A stretch of 64,000 nucleotides of DNA from the human T2T-CHM13v2.0 reference genome, Homo sapiens. The first letter of the stretch is position 1. Each line of letters begins with the position of its first letter. The translations under genes and the position numbers were made by a program. Where the stretch lies: the NCBI RefSeq assembly GCF_009914755.1, contig NC_060926.1; one strand, 5' to 3'. Below are positions 1 through 11,790 of this stretch, piece by piece. The notes beneath the pieces are model-generated. The model searched no databases and was not told the origin of the DNA. It was given only the letters and a program-made list of their open reading frames with translations.

Positions 1-489
1 TTGTGTCTTCAGTCTTCCTTCAGTGCTGGTTTCTCTTCTTTACCCTACAACTGCCACACAGCCCTCTGTTCTGCTCATTCCAAAGCGCTCCTTCCCTCCT
101 GTTCTTTTGGAAGTGGTCATCCACACTGGTTGCATTGCCTCCGCTTCCGATGCCCCCACCTATCCTTAACCTGGTGCTTCCCAGGTTTTTTCATGTCATG
201 TCACACACAGAAGATGTTGCTGTTTGAGTAGCACCGGGGACGTGTGCATGAGGCTGATGGGAGGCCGAAGCTCTGGCTGCCCTGGGAGTAAGAAGAGCTA
301 GAGCCCTCCTCACAGCGTCTCCAGAACCCATTTGCAGTACATGCCTTAAACCTTTGCAGTGTGACTCTGCCCCTGTCCTATATTTTCCTAAAATAGCCTT
401 CATAAACACCACCAGCCAGCAAATGCTCAATGCCAGGAGCTTGTCTTTGTTTTCTCCTCCTTGACATCCAAGTGGCATTGGACATACAC

Positions 490-715
490 TTGCGGTTTAG
501 AGAGACTCTAGGGCTGGACTGCCTGGGTTCAGTTCCCAGCTTTGCCAGTCTCTAGCAGTGTAACCTTGGGCAAATTCCTTAATTTCTCTATGTCTTAGTT
601 TCCTCAACTGAAGAAGAGGATAGCAAAATTCCTACCTCATAGCATTGTTATGAGAATTAAATAGTTGCCATATGGAGAGTGTGAACAATGCCTGTCTCAT
701 AGCAATTGCTCTCTG
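490..715 (+). mobile_element. MIR SINE
   Basis: MIR core: gcctgggttc…taaccttgggcaaattccttaatttctctatgtcttagtttcctca…cctacctcatagcattgttatgagaattaaa. Confidence 0.85.
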
Positions 716-1168
716 AGTGCCCTGTGTTGTCTTTGAGTCCCCTTTCTTAAAGCTCTTTTCTCCTGCTTTTCCTAACATCGGTCACTCCTGGTTTTTGTCC
801 TGTCTCTCTCAGCTCTCTTGTTTTTTCTACTGTTTTCATTCCCTGGCTTCTCTTCTCTCCTTAACATGAAGGAGGTGTTAGGCCAAGCAGCCCCACCTCC
901 CCCAACCGCCCTTTCTTCCATAGACCCTTCCACCTCCAAACGGCCCAGGCCCACATCCGAATGCCTGCCAGATCCCCTCACCTACATCTCTCCCTGAACC
1001 TCAGACCTAGGAGTCCCCAAAATGTTTTAATGTCCTTTTTTTGTTTTAAAAGTAATACATATTTATTATACAAAATACAGAAAAGTGAAAATAATAAAAT
1101 GCACCTCAGTGGTAATCCCACCGCTCGGCTGGCACCACCACTAAACTTGGGTATATCTCCTTCAAGCC

Positions 1169-1377
1169 CAGTGGTTCTCAGCCTGGGCCAGCTTTCCCCT
1201 AGAAGACATTTGGCCATGTCTGGAGACATTTTTGATTATCAACTTGGTAGGGAGAGGTGCTCCTGACATCCAGTGGATAGAGGCCAGGGATACTGCTGAA
1301 CATTTTATAATATACAGTTCAGCCCCCTGGCCAACAAGGAATTATTCAGCCCAACAGTGCCAAGATTGAGAAGCCTG
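1169..1377. mobile_element. MER20 (hAT-Charlie DNA transposon)
   Basis: Terminal inverted ends cagtggttctca…tgagaagcctg; internal atttggccatgtctggagacattttt and catccagtggatagaggccagggatactgct. Confidence 0.88.
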
Positions 1378-1714
1378 TTCTAGACTTCTGTCTCTACATA
1401 TGTGCCCCAAATGGAAAAGTCGGAATGGGTTTCCTCTTTCTAGCCTCATCCTGCTTCTCCACCTGTGTTCACTCTTTTTGTCAGTGGCCCCACCTCCCCC
1501 TTCTCCCTCACTCCACATCCGAGCTGTTCCCAAGCCTGCAGAGTCCCTGTCTGCCACATTGTTGGCAGCTCTCTCCTCTACTACTCTCAGTGTCGACATT
1601 GATGCCCACTCACCGAAACTAATGAAAAAGCCTCCAGCATGCCTTGCCTGTGCCACTGGTGTGCTTGGGGACCGTCCATAGGTGTCCAGTGCCCATTGGA
1701 TTAATTCCACGCCA

Positions 1715-1850
1715 GGTGGAGACTAAGCTCCCTGAGGGCAGCAGCTTCCATCTCTGATTCATCTGGGTGCCTAGCCTGAACCTGCCACCATTCCGAGCAC
1801 ACAGTCAGTGCTCAATAAATCTTTGTTGAATGTGTATGGATGAATGGCTG
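1715..1850 (+). mobile_element. L2 3' end
   Basis: aagctccctgagggca…gtgctcaataaatctttgttgaatg is the typical L2 3' terminus. Confidence 0.75.
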
Positions 1851-1914
1851 AAGGAAGAAAAACCTGAAAAACATTTGTCCTCACAATTCCCTTGTAATCT
1901 GTCCATCTTTGCAG

Positions 1915-2148
1915 ATCCTTGATGAATGGTTTGGCCGGACCATCATCCGCTCCTGCACCAAACTTAGCTACGAGCATGCACAGAGCATGATTGAAAGCCC
2001 AACTGAGAAAATCCCTGCGAAAGAGCTGCCCCCCATTTCCCCAGAGCATAGCAGCGAGGAGGTACACCAGGCCGTCTTGAATCTCCACGGAATTGCCAAG
2101 CAGTTACGCCAGCAGCGCTTTGTGGACGGCGCACTTCGTTTGGATCAG
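1915..2148 (+). CDS. DIS3L2: DIS3L2 internal coding exon (RNB domain; probably exon 13), 234 nt, phase 0-0
   Basis: Translates [27 protein letters not shown]...[14 protein letters not shown], recognised as DIS3L2 RNB-domain sequence. Acceptor ccatctttgcag ends at 1914 and donor gtcagt starts at 2149. Confidence 0.97.
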
Positions 2149-2684
2149 GTCAGTACGTGTTTTTTTAGTGTAGCCAACAGATTTGACTCGTGCCTGAACC
2201 CAGCGTGGATGAGCGCAGCTTGGCAGGCTTAGACTCTTCCTTCCTTCTCTTTGCTCCAGGCACCACACTAAAATCATGTTCTCTGAGGCCGGCAGGAACT
2301 AACTCCCATTCACTCTCCAAATACAGGATATTATGCAAAATATTCTGTATTTTGTATGATTCCACAGGTACACGAGGCCTAATGACATGAGCCAAGGCAA
2401 AGAGTGGGTCTGTGTGGGTGGCTCTGACCAAAACCCCCAGCTGGTCTTCCCTGGTAAGGCTGTGTCCAGTCTGTGATCCTCACCTCAGGTCTCTACTCAA
2501 ACCTGTTCTTTAATGGAGGCAAGAATAGGAGACACGGAAATTTAGGAGGCAGCTGACCAGTATCTGATACGAAGGCTTGGAAAAAAAGTATTTCTTCTTA
2601 TACCTCATCTCCCAAAAAAGAGTTATTTGTTTACAAATTCCAGATTAATATCTGAAGATGCAGAGAACTGAGGAGACTGTAGAA

Positions 2685-3017
2685 CAGCGGTCCCATTGTT
2701 TTGGGCACCAGGGCCCAGTTTCGTGGAAGACAATTTTTCCACAGACCAGGGGTAGGGGATGGTTTCGGGATGAAACTTCCACTTCAGATCATCAGGCATT
2801 AGTTAGATTCTCATAAGGAACATGTAGCCTAGATCCCTTGGATGCACAGTTCACAATCGAGTTTGAGCTCCTATGAGAATCTAATGCTGCCACTGACCTG
2901 ACAGGAGGCAGAGCTCAGGTGGTCATACTCACTCACTGCTCACCTCCTGCTGTGCGGCCTGGTTCCTAACAGGTCATGGACCAGTATGGCCCATGGCCCG
3001 GCAGTTAGGGACCCCTG
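2685..3017. mobile_element. MER1B (hAT-Charlie), complete with 8-bp TSD
   Basis: Internal cagtttcgtggaagacaatttttccacagacc and agattctcataagga; ends cagcggtccc…gggacccctg; perfect TSD ctgtagaa at 2677-2684 and 3018-3025. Confidence 0.92.
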
Positions 3018-4269
3018 CTGTAGAACACTGGCTATTGAATAACATTGGCCTGGATTGTTATTGATAACTCTGAAGTCTCACAGCCTTGCTGGCAGCCCTC
3101 TGGGACTTAGGTAGCTGTCACTTAAACCTGCTTGAATTTCCATATCTGAGAGTCGGTAACTGTTAGGACCCAGGATTTCTTTTTTCATTGCTTGTCAGTA
3201 TATTACAGAGGAGAGACTATGTTTTGTATTATGGACTTTTTTTCTCCTTCATTTATATTTCTCACCCAAACACTCCTTCCTTGCTTGTTGTGTGCTCTGG
3301 GAAGTTTCCACGTGTCTGAAATGAGGTGGGTAGGAGCGTGGAACTGTTCACCAGACCGCCTCATGCAGACTTCTTTCCCTGAGCCTGTCAGCTGGGAGAA
3401 ATCTGAAAGGCCTTGCAAAGCCTTCTGATTGAAGTTCTGATTTTATCCTCCCTTTTGCAACAGACTTGCACAAATGCTTCTAAGCAGGCATTGCAAATAG
3501 GTGCTGCCCTGGGCCTAGGGAGAAGTGGCTGCCATTGGGACCAGTGGATGACCTGTCCTGCCTGTGTGTGGCAGAGTCAGGGTAGCCTCTGGAGTTCTCC
3601 TGCTCCTCCTTCCCCAGCCTGGGCTCGGGCAGCCTGAGCAGGCCTGTCTGCGTGAGAATGCTGACAGGGAGACAAGAGGCAGAGCGGATGCTGAAGAAGA
3701 CAGCAGACATGGTGGAAGAGAAACTAAAGGCATAGGGGATTACAGAATACCTACTTTCCTTCCTTTAAGAAATCATTCATGGGAGTGTGAACACACTCTG
3801 TTTCTCATTTACAGGTGGCTGCCTGATTGTCAAGTCCCAGGACACTTTACAGTTCTTGCTTCTTAGACTTCTGACCTGCACCAGCCCCTTTGAAACCCAC
3901 CTCCTGGTTCTCTGTTTCTCTTTGTACATCTCCAGTAATGTCCTGCTGGCCCCCTTTGCAGAAGCCTCTTCTGTCCACCACTTTAGGGTTGGCATTCCCT
4001 GGGATCTACCCAACCTTTGTTCTTTCTGTATCCATACTCCCACCCTGAGTGACCTCTTGTGATTCTAACTACTAACTGGATGCTAACGAGCCAAAATCTG
4101 TCTCTCTATCCCTGGCCTCCCTCCCCCAGCTCTAGTCCAGCCCCACAATATCTCAGCCAGTGCTCATCCTTCCCTCTGTAAAACGCAGTGATCAGTGATG
4201 CAGTAGGTGGCACCGGCTGTCTAGTACTGCCTTCTCCCTTGGCCCCCACCAGGGGAGTGGTATGTGTAT

Positions 4270-4740
4270 TCTCAAACCTGGCTAGGCCAGTTGTACTTGT
4301 TGTAATTATGCAGTTTAACTAAATATCAGGGAAACCGATCAAATACGAACATAAAAAAGAAGCTGTTGTTTTTATAAAAACTAAGTTAAATGTTTTGGAA
4401 AGACCTGGATAAGGATAAGTCTTTAAAAATTCAGTTGTAAAACAGGGGATAATTACAAAATCCATTAAGCATTCTGTATTCAAATTGCTTCATAAATGTC
4501 TAAATTCTCATTCTTTTTAAAGAAATCAAATGGTAACGTATGAACAGTGAATTGTGAGTGTAGTTTATTCAGAAAAGACTACGTAGAATTCCGGTTAGCA
4601 TTCCCTTTTTGAAAGCCTTACATTTACAAAAAATTAGTGAATGAATATACATCTATATAAATTAAAACATTTAGTGATGGGTTTGTCTTCCTCTGTTTGA
4701 TTCTCTTCTTTTTCTAACTTCTAGAATAACCAACCAATGG
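4270..4740 (+). mobile_element. Ancient Tigger (Tigger15-like) DNA transposon relic
   Basis: AT-rich block resembling the remembered Tigger15a consensus (aaactaagttaaatgttttggaaagac…attctgtattcaaattgcttc…gtgtagtttattcagaaaagac). Boundaries approximate. Confidence 0.65.
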
Positions 4741-7134
4741 CTGCTGAAGCACATCACAGGAAAGTTTCTGTCATAACGTTTTAGAGACTTTACCCCACCA
4801 GTTTGTTGCAAAGTTCAGTTGAATTAAGTATATGAAATACTGTAAAAACTGTAGAAGACTGTCAGGTGATCCCAGCTCATATGAGGATAGGGTATAGTTG
4901 TCAAAATAGAAGAATGATCTCAGATTATTGATAGATAAAGATCTGTTGGCATGTCTCAGAATCAGAGTCTTATTGCTGAAAATGGCTTTGGATATCTGTC
5001 TCTATTGGCCTTCTCAATTTATCAGTTAGAGAGCTGAAGCCCCTAAAGGTTAAGTGAGTTGCTTATATGCAAGAAATTCAAATTGCCCTGTGTTCACTTT
5101 GCCTTCATTTACACCATGCTGACTTGAGAGAGAAAAACATTTTCCTTTTAAGTGGAAAGAAAACCCTCCGAAGTCCTAATTAGGTTCCAGTTAATTAAGG
5201 TTTGAAAATAAGGGCTTTGCACCCTTGGAGTTGATTCCTTGGTTCCCCCGAAAACAAGTCCATGGACCCCAGCTTTGGAAGGAGGAGCACATCAATCTCC
5301 CACAGCAAAGGACTCTGGTGAGGTCATTTATAAATCAGCTAAATGGCCCTATTCAGAAGTCACTGCATTTGTTCTCCTGCCCCTACTGCCTGCCTTGTCC
5401 TCACAAAAATCCATTTTTCCTTGGTGCTTTTTTGAGTAGCCTACTGTTTGGAATTGTTCTCTGATGCTTTGTTTGCCTCAGACCACTATGTCCGTGCTTT
5501 TGGTGGCAGTCCTTTAAAAAATAAAAAATAAAGTCCATTTAAGCTAGCCTCAATTAGAGATGAGTCTGTGCGAGGGGGTACCATTTATTTACACATCATG
5601 CCCTTAGGTTCAGAATAAGCGTGTAAACCACAAGTTTCACCTTTCCAAGAAGTCAGTTTACCATGATGACTTTCCGAATGAATGGGGGCTGAGTGTGCGG
5701 CACTAGTATGGTGATTGTTTGTTGAGTTAGGGACCTACTAGTTCAGAAGTCATAGCCTCAGAACTGTAGAGCAACTTGACCATTGTGTATTTGCAGTTGG
5801 CAACTTAGACCGGAGCTGCCTAGCCCATGTCTGAGTTAGTGAGCCTCAGCCCTCAGGGCCACCTAGTCTGGCCCCAGTTCCATGAAGGCCACCTACTAGC
5901 AGTCTTGTTTACCCTAGTGTGCTGTCATATATTAGCATATGTATATACTAGTTCATATCCTAGAACTGTGGTGGGAAACAGATAGGGAAGCACTGCCTTC
6001 CAGGTGGGATTACCTGCTCCAAATGTCTCCTTTACCTACAGTTCAACCTAGTTCTAAAGAGGTTCTAGGTACATGAATGACTCCTTTGTTTCATTGCTTA
6101 GAAAGCAAATGCAGATACCAAATGCATTCTTGTGCTTTTTGGTTGGATGGGTTGAGTAATACCCCTTCCAGGTAGTTTCTTCTATCTCCATGTTTTCTGC
6201 TGCTAAGTTAATTCTTGGACTTAACATAGATGTTTGTTTTATTTTATTTATAACATATGTCTCTCATTTCTGAAAAGGGAGCTCCCATAACAGGGGCCCA
6301 GACTTTTTTATGTTTGTAGTAAAAGGAATCATAATGCTTTATAATCATATCCAAATCTTGAGCTTTGGGAGAAGGGGAACTGTGGGAAGTTTGCTCTCTG
6401 CCTGGTTCTTGCTCAGTGATTCAGGCCCAACTAATAGACTTTGAGAGTAGGGGTCACAGAGTCCCCTGGCACTTCTGCTTCTTGGGACACGAAGCCTGTT
6501 CTCAGGCACCTTCCCACTTAGGTCCTTTACAGAGACTGCCTGACTATAATGTGAAGACAAGGCCTCAGGCTTCTTAGCCATGGCATTCAGAAAAGATACC
6601 AAGGGAGGGTGGCAGGTGCCAGAAGAATCCCATTATGAAAGTGTCTTGGGAATATTGATTGATTTTAGGAAGCTACACCTACTGCCTGCTGGGGTTCTCT
6701 CTCTAGCCTCTTCCTCATCAGTCAGGTGGCAGTACCCAGAAGCCACTCTGTTTGAGGGCTTCCATGTAAAATAAGCATGAGGTTTGCAGGAAGCTGTGCA
6801 CCATCACGGGTCCCCTGACAGGTGGTTAGGTGATGTGAGCAGTTCCTTCTGGGTCACTGACTTTGGGAATTCAGAGGAAGTTGAAGTAGTGGTGGAGAAA
6901 ACCTGATGTTACCATCTTCCCAGGCAAATTACTCTCAACTCCAGGAGCTTCACAACTGCATCTTGTATAAATCCTACTTGGTGCAATTTTGAAACCCAAA
7001 CTGCAGGCAGTTTCTTTGAGTGGACTTGATTGTAAAGATAGCCTTGTTAATGGAAATTATTTTTAAATACCCTGGGACCCAAGCTGCAGTGGAATGCTGT
7101 TATGTATGACCTTGACCTGTTCCAGCCTTTAAGG

Positions 7135-7455
7135 CAGGGATTGACGGATATTTTCTGTAAAGGACCAGATAGTAAATGGTTTAGGCTTTGTGGGCTGTGC
7201 AGTCTCTGTCTCTGCTACTCAACTCTGCTGTTGTAGTGTGAAAACACCAGCGTTGCTTTAAATGGATAAATGTGGCTGTGTTTCAACAAAACTTTAAGAA
7301 CACTGAGATTTGAATTTTATATAGTTTTCACACATCACAAAATATTGTTCTTCCTTTGATTATTTTTCAGCCATTTAAAAATGCATAAACCAGTCTTAGC
7401 TCATGGGTCATACAAAAGCAGGTTTGGCCTGTGGTCCATACTTTGCTGACCTCTG
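7135..7455. mobile_element. MER58 (probably MER58B) DNA transposon
   Basis: ttttctgtaaaggaccagatagtaaat…ctactcaactctgctgttgtag…gtggctgtgtttcaacaaaacttta…tttgctgacctctg. Confidence 0.88.
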
Positions 7456-8249
7456 CTTAAACAGCCAGCTAGCAATTCAGCCCTGCTATCCAGTGAGCTT
7501 TTAGCAGCTCATCATCACTTCACAGGGAAGCCAGGCTGGGTAATGGAGAACAGTCGTGCTAAGTTAACTCTCAGGATGGCTTCATGCAATTAGGTAAATT
7601 ATTCCTTTGATTAGTACCATGCTTATCCAGTCCAATGGGAGGTGGGGAGTAGAGGAATGAATCAGTTTAGCATCAGTTCCCTTATTCCATTTACAGGCAG
7701 GTCGCTTTAATTAGCCTGAAGCAAAAGGAGCAGGGGTTCTCATTTCCCACTTCTGCAAGCTCAGCAGCTCTTCACAGTCAGGTCTTCATCCCACCCAAGC
7801 CCACTTGCAGAGATGCTGGCTCTGCCTCGTGTAGGTGCGCTGAAGGTGGGGACTGCTCATGGCAAAATGTAGCGCTAAGGAAACTGTGTAGCATTTCTCC
7901 CCCACACTGCCCCCATTGCCAAATGTAGCTGTATGTTTTGTTGAATCTGTTTCTGTTCCTTCTCTCCAATACAGTCGCTTTCAAGAAATGAGCATTCCAG
8001 CTCTGCTGTTTAATATTTGTACCATATATTTGATCCAAGGTAGGAAGGATGGGTACATTTATCCTGTCTGGCTCTTCCTTGGTCTTATTATTTATGTTGT
8101 CACTTAAACACACGAGGAAGCTATTGATCACAGGGTTGAGTATATTTGTAGAATCATTCTGTTTTCTTAGTCGTAGAGCTTTTCTATAAATAATATAGGA
8201 AAATAATGAGAGAGCCAGCAGGCCACACAGAAAATGTAAAGTGATGTGA

Positions 8250-8830
8250 CAGAACTCTGCCCATAGTGCAGTGAGCTGTCTTGGAGAGGACCAGCTCAGT
8301 CTCAGGGGTTCAGGGAAGATTTTCCAGCAGAAGTAGTGGGGCATTAGGCCTTCTAAAAGACTTGAGGGTCTAGCCAGGCTGCAAAGGCAAGCAGACTGCT
8401 GGTACAAGCATGGGAGGGATGAGAAATGGCAGATTGTTCCAGGGTGTGTGGTGTAGGGTGCAGAGAGAGAGAGAGAGGAGCTAGAGGAGACACAGGCTAG
8501 GCCTTGGAGTCTGTAGGAATGAACCAGGGCAGCTATGGAATGATTTTAAATATGTAAGTGACATGAGCAGAACTGGGTTTTAGAAAGAGCCTCCCAAAAG
8601 TGAATAGAATAGAGGAAGTTTATAATCCAAGAGAGAAATGATGAGGGCCTAACCTGAGGTAGGGACCGTGGGGTGAGAGAAGATGATGGACCGACCCAAG
8701 AGAGGGAAGAAAATCGACAAGCCTGTAGCAAATTGACTCTCTTGATTAGATGCGGAGGGGAGGGGCAGGATCAGAGGCTAGGGATCAGGGAATCAGGTTT
8801 CCAGTTTAGGCACATGGTAGTACCACCTGG
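8250..8830 (-). mobile_element. L2 fragment
   Basis: Purine-rich L2 reverse motifs (agtgacatgagcagaactgggttttagaaaga; atccaagagagaaatgatgagggcct). Approximate limits. Confidence 0.6.
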
Positions 8831-8924
8831 GGACACCACCGTGGTGGAGGTCGAGAAGAGAGATGATGATTTCCATAACTAGGCCTCTCCGGTCCCCTCT
8901 TCTTCCTTTAGGAAGGAAGCTTTA

Positions 8925-9500
8925 TCATAAAAGTAATATGTTCTCATGTTAGAAAATTTAGAAAATACAAGAATATAAAGAAAAAATCATAATCACCTAT
9001 AGTCCCATCACCCAGAAATAACCATGGTTAATATTTTGGTATAATTCCTTGTGCATTTGCCCCTTATCACTTCATAGCAGGAGGGAAGGGTGTCTAGCAT
9101 AACATATGTATAGTTTTTATTTATATTCTGCTCTTAAATATTACCTAATGAGTTTTTCCTATGTCATTAAAAAATCTTCTAAAACATTATAATACCTACA
9201 TAATATTCTGTCATATGAATATACTCTTAAACATTCAGCCACTCCCCAATTTTGAATATTTAAATTAGATTCTGATTTTTTTGGTACTACAAATAATAGT
9301 ACCATGGCCATGGCCATCTGTGTTCGTAAATCTTTGACCTGATCTCTGATTATTTTCTTAGGACAGTCTTAGAACTGTGATGACAGCATCAAGGATATGG
9401 ATATATTTAAGATTAATACTGAAACATATTGCCACATTCCCTTCCAGAGAGGTTGTACCAATTTATACTCCTTCAGTAGTATGTGAATCAGGGTACCTTA
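8925..9500 (-). mobile_element. Old L1M (L1ME/MC-type) 3' fragments
   Basis: aaaagtaatatg…tcccatcacccagaaataaccatggttaatattttgg; ttccagagaggttgtaccaatttatactcc. Confidence 0.6.
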
Positions 9501-9557
9501 GATGGAAACATCTGTCAGGAGTTCTCTGCCTACACGGAGCTCTGGCGCACTCGCGCG

Positions 9558-9571
9558 CTCTCTTTTTCTCG

Positions 9572-9635
<64 letters not shown>

Positions 9636-9664
9636 GTCTCTCTCTCTCTCTCTCTGTCTCTCTC
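9558..9664. repeat. Interrupted (CT)n microsatellite
   Basis: About 105 nt of CT repeats with a few G/T interruptions, seen directly. Confidence 0.98.
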
Positions 9665-11742
9665 AGGTGTCTAGGTCTCTGAAATATCCCAGTGGTTGTG
9701 GTCTTAGATTATTCCTTCATCTTTCATATTTTATTTTCATGAGCTCCTCTCTACAAAGAGCTCAATGTGTCACAGACACTTCTCGTTGTGTTACTTATTT
9801 TAAAAAGTACTTACAAGGGTCCTAAAATTTAAAACAGCTGAAAGAGGTGGTTGACAGTATCTTGCTAAACTCTTGCTAATGCTGAGACTGGGGAATGACC
9901 CCTGCCCCAAGTTAAGGTCCTTTCCTCTCATTAGAATCCTTAAAGAAACCCATTGTGTTTGAAGTGGGGCTGAGAACTGTTGTTGCATTCTCAGATCCTC
10001 AGAGAACATTTGTAACTTCACTAGTCTTTTCTCTTACCTCCTGCGTGTATTACCTCTTGGGCATTGTTTGAGTTGGTCTGACATGAATAATTATAAGGAA
10101 ATCCAGTTGAAAACAGAATCGCTCTGTATAATCTGTGCTCCCATAAGAATTGCTACACTTCTCTTGAAAGTAGTAGTAAACAGTACAGGAAGGCTTCTGC
10201 TAGAAGTTCAAGGCTTCCATTTAAACATTGACGACTTACTACTTCAACCGTGGAGATAGTTCTAGAGTCAGCGAGGCTTGAAGAATATTAGCCTCCTACA
10301 TTTTCCCAGTTACCAATTTTATAATAATATTAGCAAAATTTTCATTTAAATTTATTCATCTCATTTATAAAGTAAATCCACAGCCAAGAATGTGTGCCCT
10401 CTTAGCTGTTCAGCACTCAGGCTATCTAGGACAGCCTCCGTGGAAGAGAGTGGGAGGAGGAAGCAGTGAGGGGTGGAACAAGCTGCATCCCTGAGCTTTG
10501 GGGAGAACCTGGGAGCGTGAATTTCAGCCGTCGCGGGTGTTGGAATCTCCCCTTTGAGAAAAAGGAAGAGACAGAGATTGATTTAGTTAGTACACTTTAT
10601 GGAATCAAGGAAAGCAATCCATGGTTATGCATCCCAAGGCATGAACAATAGACAAACTTGAAAACTTGACCTAATTATATATAAGCAACACTAATTACAG
10701 CCACTTATGTGTGGTGGCCACTATTTCTGGCTTGTTCACGAGTGCATAAAAACTAATATGTGTCATTAAGCATCAGATTCATTCTGTTGAGTGGCTCATT
10801 ATTATAACCCTGAACTCTTCATGTGCTTACTCTCCTTGTAGGCAAGTCACCTAGTCATTTACTCATCATTTTCAAAAATTAGAAGGAATACAGGTTGCAT
10901 TATTCTGGAAGTTGTTAAAAATACAGACTCAGAGGTGATATCCGACCAGTACAGGAGGGTTGCTTCCTGTGTGTTACAAATACTGCTCACAGTTCTGTGA
11001 AGGAGCCTTAGGCAGCAGAAGACAAACTTTCTACCCTCAAGCTGCTTCAGCAATTTGAGAACTGTATGTACTTTAAAAAACACCAATAAGATAAAAGCAA
11101 GGGCACAGTCTCTTGAAACAGGGCTGACAGAATCGCAAACCCGATGGTTATTTGGTGGGATGGGATTAGGGAAAGAAGGCCAGTTTGGAGGGTGAAGCCG
11201 TGAGCCACACTGTGATGAAAGGGAAAAGGAGCTGAAAGGTATGGAGTACCCACGCTGTGAGAGGTAAGGGATTTATCCCCTCACTCCTCTCTCTGAGTGC
11301 TGAACCCACTGAGAAATAGTCACGCATATCAGACTGAGATTATTCCATCTATTACTGATACCGTTTGGGTTAGAAGGCAATCTAACAGAACAGCCCAGAA
11401 GTAGTTAATGTAAAAAGAAACTGATTGGAGTGATTAGTGAGAGCAGAAAGTAGCCAGAGACAGAGAGAACCATGTCCTCTATCAGACTGGAACTGGGGAT
11501 GGCCCTTGTGCGACCTTCTCTGCTAGGTGCCCTTCCAGTGCAGGGTCTGCTGGTGAGGACCAGTGGCTAATGCTTCTGCTCTTGGTCAGAACAGCCAGTG
11601 CAGATCCTCAGAAGAACTCTGAAAGCAAAATTGACTCCCACCCCACTTCTAGAAGCATTTCACTTGCCTTCTGGTTCTTTCTGCTTGCCTATATCCAGGC
11701 TCATTTCTTATAGATGAAGAAAGTCCTACCCCCAGCCTACTC

Positions 11743-11790
11743 CTCCACCTTCACCCTGTGACCTTCTCCACCTTCACCCTGTGACCTTCT
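11743..11790. repeat. Perfect 23-bp tandem duplication
   Basis: ctccaccttcaccctgtgacctt occurs at 11743-11765 and 11766-11788. Confidence 0.95.

Noticed and set aside
1909-2232. 107-aa ORF as a standalone gene
   Set aside because: It is the DIS3L2 exon plus intronic read-through; splice sites bound the coding part at 1915-2148.
7778-8407. 209-aa minus-strand ORF
   Set aside because: No recognisable domain, partly overlaps degenerate L2, and is antisense within an intron; consistent with chance.
9377-9825. Ser/Leu-repeat ORFs
   Set aside because: These are translations of the (CT)n microsatellite.
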